From positions 570-64,569 of the forward strand of contig JACNJZ010000093.1 of NCBI GenBank assembly GCA_014382295.1: a stretch of 64,000 bases of DNA, given 5' to 3'. The notes under the pieces are model-generated. The model made no database searches and was not told where the DNA came from. It saw only the letters and a list, made by a program, of their open reading frames with translations. Positions 35,098 through 44,221 of this stretch are shown piece after piece. Both the position numbers and the translations under genes were made by a program. Position 1 is the first letter of the stretch. Each line of letters begins with the position of its first letter. The stretch is from Candidatus Desulfobia pelagia. Lineage in GTDB: Bacteria; Desulfobacterota; Desulfobulbia; Desulfobulbales; SURF-16.

Positions 35098-36935
35098 ATC
35101 TGTCCCTCCAGTCTTGATGCAAGATCGAAAAGACGCTTGGTTACATGGGCTGAATTGGCCGGAGTATCTACCCCTCCTGCGTAACGCATTGTTTCACACT
35201 CTTCCATAATCTTTTTTAATTCATCCTGAAGTGAAGGGTCTGTACAGCCATTATCTAATGCCGTTATAACGTCGGAGAATGTTATTGTCCCGGCAGTTTT
35301 TCCTGTTTTGGCAGCAAGGTAGTTCTGAAGAGCCCTGTTGATCTGTTCTCCTGAAAGAGAAGCTGAGCTCAGTTCTTTTTTTAATAGCGGATAGGCATTG
35401 CGGATTTTTCGTTCAGCGCCATTGCCCTTTCGTCTGCGAACCATAAAGGAAGCACCATAGACTAGAAAAAAGAGACCAGGGGGCAGTATGAGTGAGAGCC
35501 ATAGCATCACGGGAGACTGCTGCTTGATGTAGAGCGCATTACCCTCTATTTCTTCATAATTGTGATTAATTCCCTCAATCACTGCCTGGATTTTTTTCTT
35601 TCCTGTTGCCGCATCAAGGCCTTCGGCATCCAATGCGGTGACGATACGGGTGGTGCTGACCTGCAATGGTATGGGGGGTGTGCGGGCCGTTGTGTACCTT
35701 TTTTCCTCTATATCGAAGTAGGTCAGGGCAATGGGAGGGATCTCGGTGACCCGGCTGTTTTTTACCCGTATTGTCTGGGTGTAGGTTTTCCCCCCATCTG
35801 CAATTTCTCCGGCGGCCATTTCTTCAGGAATTTTAAAAGATTCAGGGTGGAGAAAACGTGACAGGTCAGGCAGTTGAATATGTTTGAGTGAAGATCCTTC
35901 CACGGTAACAGTTAGGGTAATGGGGTCACCTATATTTACCTGGGTGGGAGATGCTTTTGCCTGTATGGCATATGTACCGACCAGACCCGAAAAGAAAGGC
36001 GGCTTGTTCTCGGCGGGCAGGGGGAGGACGGTCAATGTCGGTTGGTTTGACGGGGTTACAAATGTCTGGTAGACCGCCCGTCTTCCGGAACTGAAAAAAT
36101 CTTCAAAGACGTCGTTTCCCATACCGCCGAATGGGCGGTTTGAACGGGACTGCCTGTACCCCGTGAGAGCCTGGCAGGACACTGTGGTTTGCGGGAGTGT
36201 GAAGGACCCTTCCTGCAATGGAACAAGGTGGTGCTGGAAAGTAACGGTGAGAAACTCTTCACCATCCAGTTTTTCTTTTCCCTTTGTTGCAGGTACCGTG
36301 TGTGTACCCACCGGAACCTCCAGTGTGTCTTGATTGTCTGCGGCAAGGGGCGTTGCGTCAAATCCGGGTTCTGAAAGCACCGGCAGGTTGAACTCGAAGT
36401 TTTTGACATTCTTGCCGACATACCAGGTTGTGGTCAATATGACTGGTTCACCAACATAGCATGTCTCCTTGGAGAGTGACATCCGAACCTTGAATTCAGC
36501 GGTCTCCTGGGGTTTCCTGGCATGAATTGTAACAGGGCGGGTCGAGTAATTTCTGCCGTCAACAGTGACATGAATTGCAGGAATGATCAATTCCCCTGAT
36601 TTCTTTGGAGTCAGACTGTAATTGAAAATATAGCCGTGGTGGGTAATCTGCTGCCATGAACCATTTGTATTGCTTACCATGGTGCTGCTGTTGCTCTGGC
36701 CTCCCATGGGCCGCACTGTGAAATCGGTAAGTTGGCTGGTGTCAGGTTCTGCAGGGGAGTCGGCTCCTTCTACCCTGATTTGCATGGTGAAGGACTCACC
36801 GACAAAGACCTCCTGCCTCTCTACTGCTGTTTCCACCTGTATGTCAGCCGCATTAACGGAATGAGGCAGGAGGCAGAGAGAAAAGAGTACCGTTATGAGA
36901 GTAACAATGTTTGCTGTTTGAAAAATGACGCGCAT
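35094..36935 (-). CDS. BatD-like oxygen-tolerance protein
   Basis: 613 aa. Signal peptide, a large beta-rich extracytoplasmic region and one late TM (VMLWLSLILPPGLFFLVYG). Operon position is conserved after BatC. Confidence 0.7.
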   Translation of the reverse strand: MRVIFQTANIVTLITVLFSLCLLPHSVNAADIQVETAVERQEVFVGESFTMQIRVEGADSPAEPDTSQLTDFTVRPMGGQSNSSTMVSNTNGSWQQITHHGYIFNYSLTPKKSGELIIPAIHVTVDGRNYSTRPVTIHARKPQETAEFKVRMSLSKETCYVGEPVILTTTWYVGKNVKNFEFNLPVLSEPGFDATPLAADNQDTLEVPVGTHTVPATKGKEKLDGEEFLTVTFQHHLVPLQEGSFTLPQTTVSCQALTGYRQSRSNRPFGGMGNDVFEDFFSSGRRAVYQTFVTPSNQPTLTVLPLPAENKPPFFSGLVGTYAIQAKASPTQVNIGDPITLTVTVEGSSLKHIQLPDLSRFLHPESFKIPEEMAAGEIADGGKTYTQTIRVKNSRVTEIPPIALTYFDIEEKRYTTARTPPIPLQVSTTRIVTALDAEGLDAATGKKKIQAVIEGINHNYEEIEGNALYIKQQSPVMLWLSLILPPGLFFLVYGASFMVRRRKGNGAERKIRNAYPLLKKELSSASLSGEQINRALQNYLAAKTGKTAGTITFSDVITALDNGCTDPSLQDELKKIMEECETMRYAGGVDTPANSAHVTKRLFDLASRLEGQI

Positions 36936-36944
36936 ATCCTATCC

Positions 36945-38060
36945 TTACCAGTCCTTATCTACCAGGAGGCGATCCTGGCCACGGCGATTTTTTCGCATTT
37001 CCTGTACTTTTTTTTCAGTATTGAGAAGTTCTTCAAGAGCCTGTTCAGAGGAATCCATGGTCATGTTCTCAGTATCGTCAGCAGATTCCTCACTGCTTTC
37101 TTCCTGGGCCATATCCATCTGCTGTTCATCCTGGTTTTGATCTTTATTTTCTTGTTGCCCCTGTTGCGGGGAAGCCTGTTGCTGCTCCTGTTCGTTGTGT
37201 TCTTTCAGGGAATCCCTGGCCTGCTGCAGGAGGTCCGCAGCATTATCCTGTTGCTTTTGTGCCTGTTCGATATCGTTTTGTTTGAGACTTTCTTCAGCTT
37301 TCTTTTGTTCTTTAATTGCCTGCTGCATCTGATCCATTGCCTGGGAGTCCTGTCTATCCCCGGCTCCCTGACTTGTATTCATCTGATCGGCAAGCTCTTC
37401 AGTTTGACGGCGAAGTTGCTCTTGGCTGGCCGCATCCTCATCCTTATTTTCCGTCTCTCCCTGCAGGCTTTTCTCTTTGTTACTGTCAGCCATCTCCTGC
37501 TGTTTTTCCTGGAGGGATTCAAGTTGTTTCTGCATGTTCTGCTGTTGTTCGGCCGCCTGTTTCATCTGTTCCTGTTCAAGCCGTTGCTGTTCTTCAAGCT
37601 TTTTTATTGTACGCCGGCATATCTCAAGGTTTCGACCAGCTTCTTTTATAGAGCTGTCATGTCCCAGAGCCAGCTGGAAAGCTCTGCTGCTCTCCTTAAG
37701 AAGGTCAAGTTTGGCAGAAAGGTGTTCAGCCTGTTCTGCTTTCTGGAACAGGGTATTGCCGATATTGTACCTGGAGGCGGCACTGGAAGCCGGGTCCTCA
37801 ATAGCCGCCGCCGCTTTCTCATACGCAGAAAGAGCGTCGTCATATCTGCCTAGTCTGTACAGGCCGTTACCCCTGTTAAAAAGGGCATGACGGGAAGACT
37901 CATCAGCCGCCGCTGCTTCATCATATTTTTGCAGCGCTTCTTCGTACTGTTCCTTGTCGTAGGCGGTATTTCCTGCATCGAGCAAGTCTCGAACAGAAGC
38001 GGCAAAGGTCAGAGAAGGGATACAGAGAATCAGTCCCGTAAAAAGAATGAGTAGTCGCAT
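36945..38060 (-). CDS. BatC-like TPR protein with long Gln/Glu-rich coiled-coil tail
   Basis: 371 aa. Signal peptide, TPR repeats (YEEALQKYDEAA, RYDDALSAYEKAA) and a low-complexity Q/E/K region of about 180 aa. Confidence 0.65.
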   Translation of the reverse strand: MRLLILFTGLILCIPSLTFAASVRDLLDAGNTAYDKEQYEEALQKYDEAAAADESSRHALFNRGNGLYRLGRYDDALSAYEKAAAAIEDPASSAASRYNIGNTLFQKAEQAEHLSAKLDLLKESSRAFQLALGHDSSIKEAGRNLEICRRTIKKLEEQQRLEQEQMKQAAEQQQNMQKQLESLQEKQQEMADSNKEKSLQGETENKDEDAASQEQLRRQTEELADQMNTSQGAGDRQDSQAMDQMQQAIKEQKKAEESLKQNDIEQAQKQQDNAADLLQQARDSLKEHNEQEQQQASPQQGQQENKDQNQDEQQMDMAQEESSEESADDTENMTMDSSEQALEELLNTEKKVQEMRKNRRGQDRLLVDKDW

Positions 38061-38063
38061 AAT

Positions 38064-39125
38064 TTAAGAAAGTACGTTTTTTCTTTCAGTATTTTTCTGT
38101 GGATTGCCCGGCCATTTTTTCCGTTCGCTGACCAGCCCTTCGACGATCAGCAGGATAATGGCCAGAGCCAGGAAGATCTGAAATTTGTCTTCATGCCGTT
38201 TTATAATTTCTGTTTCAAAGTCCTTTTTGTCGGCTGTGGCAATAAGATCACGGTATACCTCACCCAGATCTATGGAGCCGGTGGCAACGGGCAGGTATTT
38301 TCCTCCCGGGGTGGCCTTGGCCATCTGCCGGAGGGTTGAGGCGTCAAGCCTGCTCCAGACTTCCTCTCCCTGGTATTTAAGGAAGGATGTCTGTCCGGTG
38401 TGTTCGTTCACAGGGATGCGTTGCCCTTCGTTTTCGTTGCCAAGGCCGACAATGAGAAGCCTGATGCCTTCATCTCCTGCAGTTTCGGCTGCCTGGAGAG
38501 GGAAGCTTTCATGGTCTTCACCGTCGGTGATCAGTATAATGTCCCGAAACTGTTTTTGCTGGGAATCAAAAATTTTGTTGAGAACCGTTCTGATAGCATC
38601 TCCGAGCATGGTGCCGCCCCTGCTGACACTCGTGGTATCTGTTGCGTCCAAGGCCTGGAGAAAAAAGCCATAGTCAACGGTGAGGGGACATTTGACGGCG
38701 GCATCGCCGGCAAAAGCAACAAGAGCGACACGGTCTCCCTGTAATTGACTGATACAGTCGGCAATGGCAAGTTTGGCCCGTTCCAGCCTGTTGGGTTTGA
38801 GGTCATTGGCAAGCATACTCCGCGATACGTCGAGAATGAAGACAACATCCCGGCCTGAACGGCTGATCGTTGTTTCCTTGACATTCCAGGCAGGTCGTGA
38901 AAGTCCGATGATGATGCCTGTGATGGCTACACAGAAGAGCAGCATCTTTATGATACGGCCGGTAGGGGATGATGATACGGGTATCCTGGGGATAAGTTCC
39001 GGAGATAAGAAGGAAGCCAGCGCCTTTCTGCGTTTGCCAAGGTCATATATGAAGAGAAGGACGACAAAAGGAAGTACCCAGAGCAGAAGCAGGCTTTCAA
39101 TGTGATAAAAATAAAAATCACTCAT
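38064..39125 (-). CDS. VWA domain membrane protein (BatB-like)
   Basis: 353 aa. N-terminal TMs and a VWA MIDAS motif (VFILDVSRSM). Its start overlaps the batA stop (ATGA). Confidence 0.8.
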   Translation of the reverse strand: MSDFYFYHIESLLLLWVLPFVVLLFIYDLGKRRKALASFLSPELIPRIPVSSSPTGRIIKMLLFCVAITGIIIGLSRPAWNVKETTISRSGRDVVFILDVSRSMLANDLKPNRLERAKLAIADCISQLQGDRVALVAFAGDAAVKCPLTVDYGFFLQALDATDTTSVSRGGTMLGDAIRTVLNKIFDSQQKQFRDIILITDGEDHESFPLQAAETAGDEGIRLLIVGLGNENEGQRIPVNEHTGQTSFLKYQGEEVWSRLDASTLRQMAKATPGGKYLPVATGSIDLGEVYRDLIATADKKDFETEIIKRHEDKFQIFLALAIILLIVEGLVSERKKWPGNPQKNTERKNVLS

Positions 39126-40183
39126 GGGACTTTCCTGAACAGGGTTGAGCTTAGGAGGAATTCCAGCAGCAGGAGTGCCAGGGCCGCCTGTATAAAGGGA
39201 ACAAAAAATTCCCTGTAGTCTATAAATCGGATAGATTCAATTTCGCTTTTTTCCAGTTGATCAATTTCTCCATAGATTGCCCTCAGGCTGTCGGCATTGG
39301 ATGCCATTCGGAAAACACCGCCTGTTTCTTCGGCAAGCATTGCCAGTGTCTTCTGGTCAACCCCACGTCCCGCTCGCTGAATTCTGCTGAAAAATCCTCC
39401 CAGGCCGCCAGGGCCGTTTTCGGAGCCAATGCCGACAGTATAGATTTTTATCCCTCTTGATTTCGCCAGTTCCGCAGCATCTGAAGGTGTCAGGGTGCCC
39501 CTGTTGTGGGCGCCGTCGGTAAGAAGGATGATAATTTTACTCTTGATCTGGTAGTGGCGGTCCGAAGGGTTTTCCTGCTGCATTCTGGCGAGGGCTTCTT
39601 CCACTTTCTCCAGTCTGGCAACAGCCAGGCCAAGTCCGTCACCGATTGAAGTGCCGTCTTCATCTCTCCGGTCAACGAGGCTGATGTTTTGTACAAGATC
39701 GTCAACTGCTTCGTGGGCAAGGGTAAGAGGGCAGGCCGTTTCTGCAAAACGGGCAAAGCTGACTACGCCGATAAGATCATTTGGCCGCCCTGTGAGATCA
39801 TCATTGTTGCCGCTGATGAATTCTGAGAATATTTTTTTTACAACTTCAAGGCGGTTGGTTTCAGTGCCGTCAAAATTCATTGTTTCTCCCATGCTGCTTG
39901 ACCGGTCAACAACTGCTTCGATGGCAATACCATGGCTGACATCCTGAATTTTTTCAAGACCCTGCTGAGGCCGTGCCAGGCCGACAGTGAGCAGTATAAG
40001 CGCCAGGACCCTGAGGGCAAGGGGGAGATAATGCAGCCTTTGCCGCAAGGATGTGCCGGTATGGGCAAACAGGGCAATGGATGAGTATCTGACAGTGCTC
40101 CGCCGGTTTCTGCGCAACTGCAGAGAGACAAAAGGGATAATGAGGATGAGGGCAAGGAAGGCCCAGGGGAACGCAAACCTCAT
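39122..40183 (-). CDS. VWA domain membrane protein (BatA-like)
   Basis: 353 aa. N-terminal TMs, VWA (AVVDRSSSM, LLTDGAHN) and a C-terminal TM. Confidence 0.8.
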   Translation of the reverse strand: MRFAFPWAFLALILIIPFVSLQLRRNRRSTVRYSSIALFAHTGTSLRQRLHYLPLALRVLALILLTVGLARPQQGLEKIQDVSHGIAIEAVVDRSSSMGETMNFDGTETNRLEVVKKIFSEFISGNNDDLTGRPNDLIGVVSFARFAETACPLTLAHEAVDDLVQNISLVDRRDEDGTSIGDGLGLAVARLEKVEEALARMQQENPSDRHYQIKSKIIILLTDGAHNRGTLTPSDAAELAKSRGIKIYTVGIGSENGPGGLGGFFSRIQRAGRGVDQKTLAMLAEETGGVFRMASNADSLRAIYGEIDQLEKSEIESIRFIDYREFFVPFIQAALALLLLEFLLSSTLFRKVP

Positions 40184-41193
40184 GGCGTCCCTCCATTCCC
40201 TTTGGTGTCATGCTCAGAGGTCTGTTCTATGAAGTCACGGCAGAGATCAAGTGATTGGGATGTTTCACCTTCAGTTGGTTGTGCCTCGGCAAATTTAATA
40301 AGGTCGCTTCTGGAGAGGAAGTGACGTAACCGGTCCTTTTGATCCTGGTTGAAAAGGTCGCTTGCCCGCAGATCCGCAAAGAATTCCTCGGTGGTCTGTT
40401 CGGGGGCTTTAATGGTAAAGCGTGACTCGATATAATGTCGAAGTATAAGGCTCAGGCGGTTGAAGAATTCTTTATGGCGGCCTTTGGCAGGAAGATTTTC
40501 TCCGGCAAGTGCGTTAATGGCTGTGAAGGCTTCAATGTGACAGGGAATTGCCGGTATGTCTTTTTTGCTGGAAGAGCGTTTCCGGAACAACCAGAAAAGT
40601 CCTGCTGCAGTGATGAAAATAAGTAATCCTGCGGCGATATAAATCCATGTGGTGTCGCGGGCAAGAGCCACTGGCGGAATAATGTCTGCCAGGGCCGGTT
40701 CTTCCTCTGTCGAATCGAGAAACGAGGTGACAGGGATGACAATTTCAGAGGTTGTGGTGAGAAATGTTTTTTCAGGATTACTCCTGTCTGTAGCGGTAAT
40801 AGAAAGAACTGGGATTGAGTACTCTCCGGGGAGAAAGGGTTCGACCTCCCAGGTTTTTGAAATGAGCAGGCCCGTGTCCGTCAGCTCTTTTTTGGCATCA
40901 GAGCGCTCCATGATAGTAAAATCACCCAGAGCGGCCTGGAATTCCGGCAGGATAATGTCATATTTTTCAGGTGCATGGGCGGAGACAGTAACGGTCAGTG
41001 ATTCGGCAATCGTCATCTCCTTTCTGGAAATATGAATATCCACGACCAGGGGGTCTGTGGTGAAGCTCCGGGTATAACTGCTTTCTTCTACAGGTTGTGC
41101 CGCTACACATGATGTGCCCCAGGAAAAGAAGAGGGCACAGATGAAAAACAGCAGCCCTGTATGGGTGTATATCCTTTTTCGTATGATGATCAT
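40180..41193 (-). CDS. Membrane protein of the Bat operon (DUF4381-like C-terminal region)
   Basis: ORF 40180..41292. I prefer ATG at 41191-41193 (MIIIRKRIY...), which avoids overlapping the DUF58 gene. It has a signal/anchor, an extracytoplasmic domain, a central TM (WIYIAAGLLIFITAAGLFWLF) and a cytoplasmic tail. Confidence 0.55.
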   Translation of the reverse strand: MIIIRKRIYTHTGLLFFICALFFSWGTSCVAAQPVEESSYTRSFTTDPLVVDIHISRKEMTIAESLTVTVSAHAPEKYDIILPEFQAALGDFTIMERSDAKKELTDTGLLISKTWEVEPFLPGEYSIPVLSITATDRSNPEKTFLTTTSEIVIPVTSFLDSTEEEPALADIIPPVALARDTTWIYIAAGLLIFITAAGLFWLFRKRSSSKKDIPAIPCHIEAFTAINALAGENLPAKGRHKEFFNRLSLILRHYIESRFTIKAPEQTTEEFFADLRASDLFNQDQKDRLRHFLSRSDLIKFAEAQPTEGETSQSLDLCRDFIEQTSEHDTKGNGGTP

Positions 41194-41203
41194 AGTGTGC
41201 TGA

Positions 41204-42085
41204 CTAATACCGTAATCGTTTCTCTCTCGCCTTGAAGAAGAGGACAAGATCATGAACATAGTCATGGGTTGTCTGCAAAGGGATATGGTCAACTCCCATG
41301 GATGAAAACAATGCAGCCAGTGAGGCTTTATGTTTTGTTGCAGTCATGGCGAACTTCTCCCGAACTTTTCTGCTTCCCGTATCCACCAGTATTGTTTTTC
41401 CTGATTCTGCATCCTCAAGTTCGATAAGGCCAATGTTCGGCATGGATTCTTCTCTGGGGTCTGTTATGGAGACTGCGATCAGGTCATGGCGCCTGGAGAG
41501 AATAGACATGGATTTTTTGTAATTCGGTGCAATAAAATCTGAAATAACAAAGACAACGGCTCGTTTATGCATGATTTTTCCGAAATAATCGAGGGCTGCA
41601 TTGATATCAGTGCCGGTCCGTTCCGGTGAGAAGTGAAGTATTTCCCGGATAAGGCGGAGAACGTGGGTGGAGCCTTTTTTAGGGGGGATAAAGAGTTCCA
41701 CCGTGTCGGTGAAGACCAGCAGGCCGACCTTGTCATTGTTTTTGATGGCAGAAAAGGCAAGCAGGCTGCAGAGTTCGGCGGCTACCTCATTTTTCATGTG
41801 GTGCACACTGCCAAACATTCCGGATGCGGACAGGTCGACGAGAAAGAAGACCGTGAGCTCCCGTTCTTCAACGTATTGCTTGACATAGGGATGGCCGTTG
41901 CGTGCCGTTACGTTCCAGTCAATGGTCCGGATGTCGTCACCGGGCTGATATTCACGGACTTCATCGAATTCCATGCCCCGGCCTTTGAAAACACTCTGGT
42001 ATTCTCCAGAGAGGATGTCGTTTACGGCTTTACGGGTATGGATCTGGATGGCACGTATTTTTTTTGTCAGTTCGCTGCTGATCAT
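41204..42085 (-). CDS. DUF58 domain protein (MoxR-associated)
   Basis: 293 aa. GEYQSVFKGRGMEFDEVREYQPGDDIRTIDWNVTAR is the DUF58 signature. Its start overlaps the moxR stop. Confidence 0.85.
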   Translation of the reverse strand: MISSELTKKIRAIQIHTRKAVNDILSGEYQSVFKGRGMEFDEVREYQPGDDIRTIDWNVTARNGHPYVKQYVEERELTVFFLVDLSASGMFGSVHHMKNEVAAELCSLLAFSAIKNNDKVGLLVFTDTVELFIPPKKGSTHVLRLIREILHFSPERTGTDINAALDYFGKIMHKRAVVFVISDFIAPNYKKSMSILSRRHDLIAVSITDPREESMPNIGLIELEDAESGKTILVDTGSRKVREKFAMTATKHKASLAALFSSMGVDHIPLQTTHDYVHDLVLFFKAREKRLRY

Positions 42086-43068
42086 GGAACCGGTATTGTA
42101 TCCAGTATCTGTTGAATGAGGTTTTCTGAGGAGAGTTCTTCGGCTTCGGCCTCATAGGTAATGATAAGTCGGTGTCGGAGAACGTCCATGGCGATATTCT
42201 TTATGTCCTGTGGCGTAACAAAACCCCGTCCGTCGAGGAGGGCACAGGCCCTGGCTCCCATGGCGAGATATATGGTTGCCCTTGGAGATGCCCCGTATTG
42301 AATCAGGTGGGAGATGTTGAGGTTGTATCTCTCCGGGTGGCGGGTTGCTTCAACTAGACTGATAATATATTCCTCAATTTTGGGGTCCATATAGATGGAA
42401 GTGGTTTTTTTTCGCAGTCTCTTCAGGTCGTCAGGGCTTATTATGGGTGTAACGTCAGGTATGGCAGGAGATGTCATAAGCCGCAGTATCTGTCGCTCTT
42501 CTTCCCTTGACGGATAGGTGAGTTTGATTTTCAGCATGAACCTGTCGACTTGTGCCTCAGGAAGGGGATATGTTCCTTCCTGTTCAACAGGATTTTGAGT
42601 AGCAAGAACCATAAAGGGGTCATCAAGTTTATAGCTGGTGTCGCCGATTGTTACCTGTCGTTCCTGCATGGCCTCAAGCAGGGCGCTCTGAACTTTTGCC
42701 GGAGCGCGGTTGATTTCATCGGCGAGAATGATGTTTGCAAAGAGGGGACCTTTTTTTGTCGTGAATTCACCGCTCTTCGGGTTGTAGATAAGGGTGCCGA
42801 TCAGGTCGCCCGGCAAGAGGTCCGGTGTAAACTGCAGGCGATGAAAGGATGCCTGGATAACCCTGGCCAGTGTGGTAACGGATAACGTTTTTGCAAGGCC
42901 GGGAACACCTTCAATCAGCACATGATTATTGCAGACCAGGGCAATGAGAAGTTTTTCCACCATATTTTCCTGGCCGATTATAACTTTGCCTATTTCGCGG
43001 CGGATCTGATGAAGCAGATCCGCTTCACTTTCAATCTCTTTACTGATTTGTTGTACATCGATGGTCAT
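42082..43068 (-). CDS. MoxR-family AAA+ ATPase
   Basis: ORF 42082..43236. I prefer ATG at 43066-43068 (MTIDVQQISKEIE...). Walker A EGVPGLAKT, ILADEINRAPAKVQSALLEAMQE and ATQNPVEQEGTYPLPEAQVDRF. Confidence 0.9.
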   Translation of the reverse strand: MTIDVQQISKEIESEADLLHQIRREIGKVIIGQENMVEKLLIALVCNNHVLIEGVPGLAKTLSVTTLARVIQASFHRLQFTPDLLPGDLIGTLIYNPKSGEFTTKKGPLFANIILADEINRAPAKVQSALLEAMQERQVTIGDTSYKLDDPFMVLATQNPVEQEGTYPLPEAQVDRFMLKIKLTYPSREEERQILRLMTSPAIPDVTPIISPDDLKRLRKKTTSIYMDPKIEEYIISLVEATRHPERYNLNISHLIQYGASPRATIYLAMGARACALLDGRGFVTPQDIKNIAMDVLRHRLIITYEAEAEELSSENLIQQILDTIPVP

Positions 43069-43218
43069 ATTTTCCCCTTGAAACGCCTTTTTTCTGTGTG
43101 AGCCTCTGTTCCCATAGGTTCGTAAGCTTTGTATTAGTAATAATTTGATGCGAAGTCGATATTTTATACTGAACAAAGAAAAAGTATTGTGATATAGTAT
43201 TGGAATAATGACACATAA

Positions 43219-43662
43219 ATGCCATACAGGTTCCAATTTTTCGAGGTCGATAATTTAATGAGTACAGGTGGTGACGCAAATAAATCATATGATTTGAGGG
43301 AAATGGAAGATATCTTTTCCTGCCTTGAAATTATTACCATGGCTCGTGGAATTCTTTACCCTGTTGATGCTGGTCTGGCTGCCCGGTTGGAAAAAGTAAG
43401 TGATGCTCTGAGTGCTTTCTCTCTGGTTGTCGATGAAATGCAATTTGCCTCTGGTCAGGCTGAAAGCGTCATGTCGCAGAAGTCAGCCCCAAGGGAACAA
43501 TTTTCTCTTGATGCCGGAAGAGGTGGGAAAGGTTTAGATCCGCTGGATCTCCTGTCTGATTTTCCACAATCAGGACGCAGCAGTAAAAAATCAGGTGCTA
43601 AAAATATGTCTGATGATGATGACGGTATTGTTGATATTCTTACCGGAGAGAAGATACGGTAG
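43219..43662 (+). CDS. Hypothetical protein
   Basis: 147-aa ORF divergent from the Bat operon. I recognise no motif. The C-terminal half is acidic and low complexity, and the start is uncertain. Confidence 0.3.
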   Translation: MPYRFQFFEVDNLMSTGGDANKSYDLREMEDIFSCLEIITMARGILYPVDAGLAARLEKVSDALSAFSLVVDEMQFASGQAESVMSQKSAPREQFSLDAGRGGKGLDPLDLLSDFPQSGRSSKKSGAKNMSDDDDGIVDILTGEKIR

Positions 43663-43714
43663 TGTCATTCATCGTTGCAATAGCAAATATGTTTGAGAAA
43701 GGAGTAATCGCCTT

Positions 43715-44077
43715 ATGGCTGGAATTCTTGTCATAGATGACGAAGAATCTATCCGGATTTTGCTGAAAAAAATCCTGGAGCGTGAAGGGCATAGTGTTGC
43801 AATGGCTCCAAACGGAAAAGTTGGCCTTGAAATGCAGAGCCAGCAGGCCGCTGATGTTGTCATAACAGATATCTTTATGCCGGAAAAGGAAGGCATGGAG
43901 GTCATAATGGAACTTCGGCGGAATTTCCCGGAAGTAAAGATCGTGGCTATGTCCGGCGGTGACCGGAAAGGAAATATGGATTTCCTTGGCATGACCGAAA
44001 AGCTGGGGGCCCATAAAACCCTGAAAAAGCCGTTTACTCTGAACGACGTTCTAGAGGTTGTTCAGAGTGTGCTGTAG
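43715..44077 (+). CDS. Single-domain response regulator (CheY-like receiver)
   Basis: 120 aa. MAGILVIDDEESIR and the phospho-acceptor context VVITDIFMPEKEG. Confidence 0.85.
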   Translation: MAGILVIDDEESIRILLKKILEREGHSVAMAPNGKVGLEMQSQQAADVVITDIFMPEKEGMEVIMELRRNFPEVKIVAMSGGDRKGNMDFLGMTEKLGAHKTLKKPFTLNDVLEVVQSVL

Positions 44078-44154
44078 TGAGGATACTCTTCACCCGCAGC
44101 CATTAGCTGTTCGCGATAAGCTGTTAGTGTAAGGCCTTGATTGTAATATTTTTA

Positions 44155-44189
44155 CTAAAAGCTAAAAGCTAAAAGCTAAAAGCTAAAAG
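44155..44189. repeat. Perfect 5 x 7-nt tandem repeat (CTAAAAG)
   Basis: CTAAAAG x5 between convergent genes. The upstream segment 44106-44135 carries imperfectly complementary AGCTGTT words. Confidence 0.8.
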
Positions 44190-44221
44190 CGAACATCTTC
44201 TGTTTCCAAAAGAGATACTCT

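Noticed and set aside
36732-37853. 373-aa + strand ORF with Leu/Phe-rich repetitive sequence.
   Set aside because: It is antisense to the BatC/BatD genes. The Q/E/K-rich, GAA/CAG-biased coding strand leaves the complement free of stops. There is no RBS and no motif.
44155-44189. Tandem arrays at 44155-44189 and 50465-50499 considered as CRISPR or other spacer-repeat arrays.
   Set aside because: The period is only 7 nt with no spacers, and no cas genes are present. They are microsatellite-like tandem repeats.
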